This document shows, piece after piece, positions 1-9,503 of a DNA stretch of 64,000 nucleotides; position 1 is the first letter of the stretch; every line of letters starts with the position of its first letter. Made by a program: the position numbers and the translations under genes. Source of the stretch: Lingula anatina (taxonomy: Eukaryota > Animalia > Brachiopoda); the NCBI GenBank assembly GCA_051362555.1, contig CM120644.1, positions 19,614,534-19,678,533 on the forward strand, read 5' to 3'. The notes beneath the pieces were generated by a model. It saw only the letters and a program-made list of their open reading frames with translations, made no database searches and was not told the origin of the DNA.

Positions 1-212
1 TGAACTCCGGAAAAATAAAACATAAGGCTTGGCAAAGCAGACAACTTGTGGTCAAAAATGACATTTCATCAAATTTGAACATCTGGAACTTCAGAGCACC
101 TCCCATTTCAAGAATTTTGACCAAAATGACCTTTTCTTTATTTTAATTAATTTTTTCTGTAGGAAATATATGGCACATTATGGTAACTCCAAAATTATAA
201 CATTTAGTCCCT

Positions 213-920
213 CATATCTCCAAAACTGGCAGAGATACGTCCATAGTTACTATTGAAGTTGAATAGGAAGACATATACTGGCAATCTAAATGTGACCTTA
301 AAATTTACCTTTGACCTACTTTTCACCATGAACTGAACTTTGCAAATTTTGCTTCCCTTTTATCTCCTAAACTGGCAGAGATAGGTCCATAGTCTCTATT
401 GAACTTGAACAGGAAGTCATATACTGGCAATCTACATGTGACCTTAAAATTGACCTTTGACCTACTTTTCACCATGAACTGAACTTTGCAAATTTTGCTT
501 CCCTTTTATCTCCAAAACTGGCAGAGATAGGTCCATAGTTACTATTGAAGTTGAATAGGAAGTCATATACTGGCAATCTTAAAGTGACCTTAAAATTGAC
601 CTTTGACTTACTTTTCACCATGAACTGAACTTTGCATAGTTTGCTTCCCCTTTATCTCCAAAACTGGCAGAGATAGGTCCATAGTTACTATTGAACGTGA
701 ATAGGAAGTCATATACTGGCAATCTAAGTGTGACCTTGAAATTGACCTTTGACCTACTTATTATCATGAACTGAACTCTGCTAATTTCTTTCTCTTTTAA
801 CTCCAAACCTGGCAGAGATAGGCCCATAGTTACTATTGAAGTTGAATAGGAAGTCATATACTGGCAATTTACTGTGACCTTGGAATTGACCTTTGACCTA
901 CCTTGCGATGAACTTAACTT
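213..920. repeat. Tandem repeat, ~146-bp unit, ~5 copies
   Basis: CTGGCAGAGATA recurs at ~225, 371, 517, 664 and 809; each unit carries TGACCTT...TGACCTTTGACCT. ORF 615..1007 is a by-product of the repeat. Confidence 0.9.
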
Positions 921-1351
921 TGATTGTACCATTTTTAGTAATATATATATTTTTTGCATATTTTGAAAATTCTTGTTGATTGCATTTTTACAGCTTGTCA
1001 AGCACAAGACTGGTGGCTGTGTTCCTTATTTTGTATATGTGGGGGTCTATATGAATGCGCTTGCTCCAGCTGGTGGTACAATATTCGGAAGCGGTATCGC
1101 CTCTCTGATCCTCTAGTTACTTGTGCTCCTCTCTCATTTCCCACTACTTCCTCTACACTTTCTGTTTCAAAGGCCTGCTCAAAATCCACAATCTGCAGTG
1201 CTTTTAACTGATATGGTGTTGAATAAATAGTTTGTGGGTTTTAAATCTACTCTCTCACCTTAATAGTTTCTGCTTTGAATGTGATAATACTTTTTTTTTA
1301 ATTCAGTAGCAAATAAATATACATTCTTACAGTTTTTGGCTTATGAATCGC

Positions 1352-1354
1352 ACA

Positions 1355-1392
<38 letters not shown>
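1352..1392. repeat. (CA)n microsatellite
   Basis: Direct reading. Confidence 0.95.
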
Positions 1393-1393
<1 letters not shown>

Positions 1394-1995
1394 TAACATA
1401 TTTGGACTCTCTTTCTCTCTCAGTAAAAAAAGGTTGTACAGTATTGCATAAACGGGTAGAAAGTAGAGATTGACAATTCATGTTGTTAACCTTACAATTG
1501 AAATTCTAAGAGGTATATCATTAGCTTCTTGATTGTCAATTAAGTTGTAATAGGCGATCAATATTTTCCCATTTTCTTTTATAATTTTGTTGTTTTTTGT
1601 TGGTAAACATATATAAAGAATATAAACAAATGTTTCTGTAATTTATAACATATTGTCTTGTTCCTTCCCATGTTGGGATTTCTGTTTTCGTTCTACTTAA
1701 ACTAACATATTTCTTAATTATTAAGATAAGTAGATAAAAACCTTTTATATCATATGCTTGCACAAGCCCGAGTATAAAAATCTCTGGAGATTTCTCAGTA
1801 ACATTACCTAAATTATCTTTTACGGAACAAATGACACACGTCCAGACATTCTGTACATGAGGAATGTGATAATACTTAACAGACTACAACCAAAAATGTC
1901 CCTAAAGTTGTCAATTTGTGTTGGAGACAACACTAAAATTTGTCTTCTCTTGACTGTCAGTTCTTCAACAGTAATGAGGATAATGCTATTTCTTT

Positions 1996-2520
1996 TTACA
2001 AAACACTTGGTCCTTTTGGATGTCCTCTTGTAGGTTTTTTACATGTTTTGTGTCTTGGAACAGCCTTTGCGGGTTGGTGAAATTTACCAGATCTGTACAA
2101 ATCTCCACACATTTTAAATGTGTTTATTTGTTTGAGCTTTTGTGTGCAGGCATGTTGGTAATTTTCCTTGTTTTGACTTGCTATTTCACACATTCTAATT
2201 AGTACTTGATCTGCCTTCTGAAATTCTTCCCTCACTATTTTGGTGAAGTCCAAACCTGCATGATTGAAAATTATCTGGTTGGTAACAGTCTGACTGTCAT
2301 TGAAATAGACACGGCCAGATACAAACCAAGTGTTTCCTACAGCACTGGGGGTTTGGTACTGGTCTATATACATCACGGCTTGTAAAGGGGCTTTTAACCT
2401 CCAGTGTTGTTGCTTCGATTCATTAATGATTCTGTCTGGTGTACTTGCCAAGTATGGATACTGTGCTGATGTAAAAACATGCCACATGGAAATGTTCTGA
2501 CTCTTGATGTCTCTTAATTC
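1996..2520 (-). pseudogene. Decayed YqaJ/lambda-exonuclease-like nuclease fragment, probably transposon-derived
   Basis: QYPYLASTPDRII resembles the YqaJ 'P.L.ASPDG' motif; the downstream sequence looks frameshifted or degenerate. Confidence 0.45.
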
Positions 2521-2655
2521 ATGCTGACAGCTATGTGTTCACACTGACATCCATGTTGGAGTGATGGTGCATCAACCTTCTTATGGCACTCAAAAGATTT
2601 GGCAAGTTTAATTCTATCAGCTCTAACTGTGCACTTTCAATTTTTTCCAAAGTTA

Positions 2656-3627
2656 GGCCACACTTTTTTAATTTTATGGATGACATCCTGCGCGCGCATG
2701 GATTTTCGCCCGTTCTCAAAAAAAAAAAAAAAAAAAAGCCCCCCCCCCCCCAGCCCCCAACAAAGTCAGTTGTCGCAAACGTTGTTATTGAATTTGCAAG
2801 GAAATGAGCTTTCTGCGCATGCGTATTTTCGCCACGTGGAAATGCGGCCACTTTGCTGTCAAATTCATCTCTAGGATTACTTTCAAATTACACAACAATA
2901 AAAGTCATAAAGAGAACGGGCGCCATCGTTTTGGATTGGTATGCCATTGATATTGGGCATGGAGATATCACCTTTTTACAATTGTGCGAAAGGCTGGCGG
3001 CGGCCGAAACATTTCTGTGACATTCTGTATAAAGCAGCACATTAATACCAGGTTTTCTGTAGCGAAAAAAGGGTCAACAAGGGCGTCGAGGTATTTGGTG
3101 GGCTGAAGGTCGGACAGGCCACCTGACAGTTTAGCTGCTTCGTGTGAGTTGAAGTTGACAAAATGGCATCATCTGAAATGACCTTTAATAGATTTGGTAG
3201 TATTAAGCATATCTTTGCATCATTTTTAAACATTTCTGTGAAGTGTTCAAAATGTTTTAATATTCTGAGAATACAAATAAAGACACACTGTTTGATTGAT
3301 ATTTGTTTTATTGATTGCTATACCAAATGAATGCATGAAATAACCTTAAATAGATTTGGTAATATGAAGTATATCAATTCATGACTTTTTTTACATTTCT
3401 ACGAAGTATTCACAATGCTTTAATATTTTGAGAGCATGGATAAAGACATATTGTTAGTTTGATATGTGTTTCTGTGGTTAAATTTGTGTTTCCAGCTGTG
3501 TACTGACAGCATTCCTTTACTTAAGCAGTTTTTTTTTTTTTTGGACTGTTTTTTTTTTTTTTCGCCCTCTCGCACCGATTTTGGGGTACTCAGAGGATGT
3601 CATCCATAAAAATAAAAAAGTGTGGCC
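2656..3627. mobile_element. Non-autonomous PIF/Harbinger-type DNA transposon (~970 bp)
   Basis: ~33-bp TIRs GGCCACACTTTTTTAATTTTATGGATGACATCC / GGATGTCATCCATAAAAATAAAAAAGTGTGGCC, with TTA on both sides (TWA TSD). Confidence 0.85.
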
Positions 3628-3782
3628 TTAGAAGAGATTAAACAGATAAAGAAGTCTTTTCTCCTTCGCTTGTCCTTGCTTTGTTTCCATATATTTCTCT
3701 CAATGCCATCTTTCTGTACTATACTGATGCTCTTAACTCCTCAATTACTATGTCAATTGCAAAATATAACTGGATCAATTTT

Positions 3783-3950
3783 CAGGGGCGGATTGAGGCC
3801 GTCTTCTGTATCTTCCAGAAGACAGTCAGATTTTCAAGTTTACATTGCCGGGTATCAATTTTTTTCTGTTGAAAGATGGTCAAAAATGGAGGATAAATCA
3901 ACAAAGTCAATTTAGAAGACTGTCAGAAAATATCTTTGAATCTGCCCCTG
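3783..3950. mobile_element. MITE (CAGGGGCGGAT TIR family), copy 1
   Basis: CAGGGGCGGATT...AATCTGCCCCTG; homologous along its length to 59436-59602. Confidence 0.8.
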
Positions 3951-5540
3951 TGTTTCTCTCAGAGTCATTGATCTGTACTATACTCATGCTCTTAACTCCT
4001 AAATTACTATGTCAATTGCAAAATATAACTGGTTCAAATTTTTCCTATTTTTTAAAGAAAAGTGTAATTAATTATATAAGCTCCCCAAGTAACCAAGAGT
4101 GCAAAAATACCTTAACAGCTCCCTTTCAGCCTTATTTTCATTCCTTTCTTTAGATCATAATGTATTTATTGGGACCGTGGTATTTAAAAATTGAAAGGAG
4201 TTTGGATTTGAGATGTGAGCATCCAATAAGTAAGATCTGTGTAGTCTTACCATCTGGACAGAAACCATGGTCAGGTGGATCAGTATACTGCCTGGAAATG
4301 ACCTTTGTATCTTTCACCAAACTCTCTTCTTAGATGAGTAGATCCTACTAGATCGATAAAGGTAAATGTGAATGGGGTCTTAGAAATGTTGTCCATACAA
4401 AAACACACCAGACATCTTCATGACCAAGACTAGTGGTTGACTGGACTGTTTTATTTTTTTCCAGCACCTTTCTGTATGGCATGGTGGCCTCTAGGCGGCA
4501 GCTGTCTACATGGGCATGGCTTTTAATAATAAGGAACAGATAGTTAAAGACCAGCAAGTACATTCTTAGGCTTCATCTCATCCAGATATACAACACATGG
4601 GATGTGGCAAGTTTTAAGACAAGTGGGATTGAAACAGCCAGAGACAGCAAGGTGATATGGTAAGCAGTGTCATTACAGTAATGTGTCAAACAATTTTTAA
4701 GGTTTATTGATTGGAACCAATAAAATATATTCTAAAACATTTGTTTCTTGACTCCAATATTTGAAACAAATGATAATCTCCTGCAACTGTTACTGTAATA
4801 TTTTTTTATTTTGACAGTATTGCCTGCAAGACATTATACACATGAAGTATCTGATACTGTTTTCAAGCTGGAGAATTGATTATATTTTCTACATGTCAGC
4901 TCTTTGTTTGTTGTTATGCTTTCAGTGGGAAGGATGAATTGCTTAAGAGAGATTGATTGGTACATTGTCTTTTTTCCTTATATGCTTATGTAATAAATAA
5001 AAAAAAAATTGTCATGTTATGATTTAAAACTATTGCATCAAATATAACTTGGTGCCTCTGGCATGATTGTTAACCTGCTTGTTGAAAGAAGATAAACTTT
5101 GTATTTGTATTAGGTACATCTTCATTTTAAGCTGGAAATCTCTGTAAAGTTCCATCCTAATGAAAAATATCAACAGCTGTGACAAGGGGTTGTGGATCAA
5201 AATAAGAAAAATGAAATGTCTACCCTTAACTTATTTTCAGTATTTCATATGTTTATTTCATATATTTATTTCAAAATATGTACAGAATAAAATGAAATGA
5301 ATTAAAATTAAATGTACATTTGTGTAAAATCAATCATGTTACTGTGATATAATACTAGCATCTTTCATAAATATACAAACATTAGCTATTACTATACTAG
5401 ATCTACACTGAAATCCTTTTGTACATGGAGCGCAAACTTTATTTTTCGCTTGCAATTGGCTACTTGGCTGAAATTTGTGTTTAGAAAAATAGGTGTATGT
5501 TATAAAATAGTATTTGTGTTTTGTTTTTTTTATTTTTCCA

Positions 5541-5651
5541 GGACTTTGGCCTACTTTAAGGAGGTCCATGCCCATCTTGGTTTGATTGTCTTTTAAGCAG
5601 AGGAGAAAGTTACATATGGAGATTTCTTGAGATTTCCAAGAGGGGCTACAG
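5541..5651 (+). pseudogene. Possible exon remnant of a G2E3-like HECT pseudogene
   Basis: AG/GT-bounded segment translating TLAYFKEVHAHLGLIVF*AEEKVTYGDFLRFPRGAT; weak similarity, supported mainly by the 17411 fragment. Confidence 0.25.
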
Positions 5652-6101
5652 GTAATAATTAGTTTTTTATTTCGAAAAAAAACCTTGTTTCATTATAATT
5701 TAAAAACCTTTTGTTTCAAATTGTCAGCAGTCTGCGACGTTAGGCACTAGCCCGAGGCAATTGCCCACCTAAAGTGGCACCGGGCTAGTAAAAAAGTTGA
5801 AATTTTATAAAGCACTAGCCCGAACGGGCTAGTTGAAATTTTGAGCCTATTGTAACACTCGGTAAGATTTCAAAAATATAAGACGCCAGTTTTCTTTGTC
5901 CCTGCCTCTAATTTGACGTTTCTAGATAGTATGATATGCCTCTCAGTTGAAAAATCTCACACCTAGCTCTAGCTACTGAATATTGATTAGTTGCTATAAA
6001 TAACTTCACTGTAGTTATTTATAGCAGCAGTCTGTCTGATCAGCGTGTCGGCATCTTTTTATTTGACCAGTTTGTTGTCATGACTACAAATTGCTGTCAA
6101 T

Positions 6102-6456
6102 TGTGACGATGTAGTGTGTTAGATGAGATTATTTTATATTGCTACCGGTAGATGTCTCTGTAAGTAAAGTGTTGTCCGGTGTGCAAGTTTGAATCTCTCC
6201 CGTGATTGGTAACCTAAAGGTAAAACTGTTCACTGTATAGTTGGTTCTGATTGGTAAACGTGTACTATCTGAACTTGTATATAAGGTGTAACGTGAAATA
6301 AATCGGTCTCTTTGCGGCTGACTTTGCAGCTCTCTTGGTTCTTTTGGTCCTTCTTTGCGGCTGTTTGAGGCTTTTATCTGTGCTTATACTCTGAGACACC
6401 AGTAAGTACATTGTTATTTGTACCTTCATAAGGCACTCGGCCGCGAAGGCGTAACA
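6102..6456 (+). repeat. 5' LTR
   Basis: TGTGACG...CGTAACA; matches 15630-15984 except 3 substitutions seen. Confidence 0.97.
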
Positions 6457-6458
6457 AT

Positions 6459-6476
6459 TGGCGCAGTCGACAGGAT
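6459..6476 (+). promoter_or_regulatory. Primer-binding site, tRNA-Ser type
   Basis: TGGCGCAGTCGACAGGAT, 2 nt after the LTR, complementary to a tRNA-Ser 3' end (...AUCCU-CGACUGCGCCA). Confidence 0.8.
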
Positions 6477-7392
6477 AGAGTTTGTGTTGCTTATTAATAG
6501 ACAGGATAGAATTTTGTGTAGCTAACGTTGTTAGAGGATACAATTTGTGTAGCATATGTTGTTAAATTGACAGAATTCAATTTGTGTAGCTAACGTTGTC
6601 AGTTTACGGGATAGAATTTGTGTAGCTTGTGTAGTTAGAGGATAGAATTAGTAGTTATTAGTGATATTAGAATTTTTGAAAAGCTTTGTGTATGATTGAG
6701 TGAGAGTTGGAAAGATAGTGACACGTGTTAGACGGGACTTGTTGCAAGACGCGAACTAGCCGGAACATATTGCAGTGATATTTCATTTTCATTGTTGTTT
6801 AATACTCGCGGCAATTCAGTAAATATTTCAATTTAGAATTCATTTTAGTAGAGATATTTTGTATTAATTTTCTGTTGTGATACTACAACTGCAGAGACAT
6901 TGCGAACCACGTGTAGTGAGTAGTAGTCGGAAAGACCACGTGTATTTACAGGCCCGTGCGTGTAGAGCCTTATGTTGTAATTAGAATACAGAACATTATT
7001 TAGTGAGTTTATTTACAAAGAAAAGCATTTATTTAAAATAAAGGTTTCAAATATGTGTTTTTCACTGACTTGCTGAATGAAGGAGTGAGTGTGAATTGTT
7101 TATTGTATATTTTTATCAATATTGCAATAGCATATATTGATAGACTACTATTCTACCTTGTTCGTCTGTGTTGAAAGTGTTTCATCATAGGTGTACATGT
7201 GAGTAGGTTGAATAGTGTGAGAGATTTGTTTGTATTTACTGTGAAGTTTAGTAGTGGCTTTTTGCTGAAACTTTCTTCAAACAGTAAAGTGTGGTAGTGG
7301 TGAAAGTATTTTATTGTGTAGTTTTTGTGGCACAGCTGCATTGCTATTATCAATAAAATTGTGTAATAGGTTGTGGGAAACTGGAAGTGAAA

Positions 7393-9447
7393 ATGGCGTC
7401 GGGTAATGTAGAAAGTGGTGTTGTGTTGAATGTGCAGACAGCGTCTGAGACAGAATTGAAAAATTTGAAAGGAATTGGTCCAGTGAAAGCTCATAGATTG
7501 GTGTCTTTGAGAAATCAAAAAGGAAAATTGTTGTTGAGTGATTTGGAAGAAATTACTGGTATTAGTGTAGCAGAATGGCAGAAATGGGAAAAGAAGGGTA
7601 ATGTGATTCTGGGTGTAATGGAAGAAAAAGATGAAGGTTCAAAAGTTGGAGATGAGAAAAAGGAAGAGAGTGTGAATTGGGAAGAAAAGTATAGAAAGTT
7701 GATGGAACGATTGAAGGTACAAAATGAAATGATAATAAATCTTCGAGATGAGGTAGAAGAAGCAGGAGAAAAGATAGAATTTTTATCTAGCGAATTGGAG
7801 ATGAATGATGCTAAAGTGAAAAAGTTGGAAGTTGAAAATTCAGAAATGGCAATTGATTACAAAAAGTTGAAACAAGAGAGGAATGCATTGGAAGATGAGA
7901 AATCTGTGTTGGAAAATGAAAAGAGTGCATTAGAAAAAGAGAAATATGCTTTGAAAAGTGAAAAGTATAGTTTAGAGAGTGAGAAGTGTGATTTGAAAAA
8001 TGAAAATGATATGTTGAAAGAAAGAAATGTGAAAATTCAGAGTGAGTTAGGAAAAACTAAACAAGTGTTGATGAAAAAAGAAATGGAAATGGAAGAAGAG
8101 TGTAGAGAGTATTCCACAAAAGAAATGATGTTACATGCTCAGGTTGAAACACAGAACGAATTGTTGAGAAAACGTGTAGAAAGTTTGCAGAAGTGTGAAA
8201 TTGAAAATATGGATTTGAAATTGCAATTGGATGAGATGAGAGCCCGTCATGATCATTTGCAAACTCAGTATGAAAGAATGCATTTACAACAGGATTTAGA
8301 AAAAATTCCAAGGCCAACTCCTAGAAATATTAAAACTAGTAGACCCACACCTGCACCTAGAAGTAGTAAAAAGAAAAGTTTGGAAACCCCTGTGAAAAAA
8401 CCAATACTGAAACTAGCAGAGAGTGAAAGTGATAGTGAAAGCGAAAGTGAAAGTGAATCTGAATGTGAACAGAAAAGAGTTCCTTTAGTTGAAAGAGAAA
8501 AAGGACCTGTTCATAAAATGCCTAGTTTTAGTGGGAATGGAAGAGAAAATTGGGAAGCTTTTGTATTTAAGTTTGAAGGAATGGCAGAAAGATACGGATG
8601 GAATGATAAAAGAAAAACTAGCAGATTGATTGAATGTTTGGAAGACAGAGCTCTTGAGTATGCGGTGGAGTTTGGAAATTGCAAATATAAACGTTTGAAA
8701 GAAGTGATGTCAAAACGTTTTAGTATGAAAGAGTCTGCTTCATCTGCACGCAGAGCACTTCAATCAATGAGGCAGGGTGAAAGTGAATCTTTGCAAGATT
8801 TTGCTCATCGTGTGTTCATGGCATCTAGAGAGGGATATGCAGAAGGTGGTGAAGGAATAGCTGTGGATTCATTTTTGAGAGGGTGTCGTGACAAAGAATC
8901 TGCAAAATTGGCTATGGATAAAGAGCCTAAAGATTTATTTGAAGCGTTAGAGTTTGTGAAAGTTGCAAACAATAACTTCAAAGCAGTGTATGGTACAGGT
9001 GGGAGAAATGTGCATATTAGACAAGTTGGAATGTCTGATCAGAGTGTGGAGAATGGAAGTGGAAATCAATTACTCTACAATATGCAAAGAACCATGTCTG
9101 CTATGTGTGATCAGATGAAAAGAATGAATGACACATGGGTGTCACCGTCAAATTCTCAGAGAAATCCAAGTAGAATGATAAAGTCGCCCCAGAATGGAAA
9201 CATAAATCAAAGTAGAGGGGGTCCACCACAATGTTTTAAATGTGGAGAAAGAGGTCATGTTCAAAGGGATTGTAAGAATGAAATTGTAGAACATCCACCT
9301 AATCCCAATGTTAGTAAAAATGCCAGCCCAATTTCTATTTTGATTTGTCATAAATGTGGACAGAGAGGTCACATTCAAACAAATTGCCCTCAAAATAGAG
9401 AATTGCCAAAGAATCCTCCTCCCGGTGCAAGAAATTCGGTAAACTAG
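7393..9447 (+). CDS. gag: Gag: N-terminal HhH module, coiled coil, capsid-like domain, two CCHC zinc knuckles
   Basis: ATG at 7393; LNVQTASETELKNLKGIGPVKA; heptad repeats; MPSFSG..W..F..KFE capsid motif; CFKCGERGHVQRDC and CHKCGQRGHIQTNC. Confidence 0.93.
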   Translation: MASGNVESGVVLNVQTASETELKNLKGIGPVKAHRLVSLRNQKGKLLLSDLEEITGISVAEWQKWEKKGNVILGVMEEKDEGSKVGDEKKEESVNWEEKYRKLMERLKVQNEMIINLRDEVEEAGEKIEFLSSELEMNDAKVKKLEVENSEMAIDYKKLKQERNALEDEKSVLENEKSALEKEKYALKSEKYSLESEKCDLKNENDMLKERNVKIQSELGKTKQVLMKKEMEMEEECREYSTKEMMLHAQVETQNELLRKRVESLQKCEIENMDLKLQLDEMRARHDHLQTQYERMHLQQDLEKIPRPTPRNIKTSRPTPAPRSSKKKSLETPVKKPILKLAESESDSESESESESECEQKRVPLVEREKGPVHKMPSFSGNGRENWEAFVFKFEGMAERYGWNDKRKTSRLIECLEDRALEYAVEFGNCKYKRLKEVMSKRFSMKESASSARRALQSMRQGESESLQDFAHRVFMASREGYAEGGEGIAVDSFLRGCRDKESAKLAMDKEPKDLFEALEFVKVANNNFKAVYGTGGRNVHIRQVGMSDQSVENGSGNQLLYNMQRTMSAMCDQMKRMNDTWVSPSNSQRNPSRMIKSPQNGNINQSRGGPPQCFKCGERGHVQRDCKNEIVEHPPNPNVSKNASPISILICHKCGQRGHIQTNCPQNRELPKNPPPGARNSVN

Positions 9448-9503
9448 AAGGGGACGAATTGACCGACCGGATTTCGGATCCCTTACTTCATGTTGAAGGT
9501 CGG
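9438..9503 (+). promoter_or_regulatory. Putative -1 ribosomal frameshift signal (G GTA AAC plus pseudoknot)
   Basis: pol lies in the -1 frame and is open across the gag stop; AAGGGGA(9448) pairs with TCCCTT(9479), and loop CCGACC(9463) pairs with GGTCGG(9498). Confidence 0.65.

Noticed and set aside
6265-6555. ORFs 6265..6555 and 15793..15987
   Set aside because: Antisense readings of the two LTRs.
7393-7575. Bacterial comEA contamination
   Set aside because: The HhH segment is in frame with Gag, shares its AT/purine-rich composition and lies inside LTRs with a TSD.
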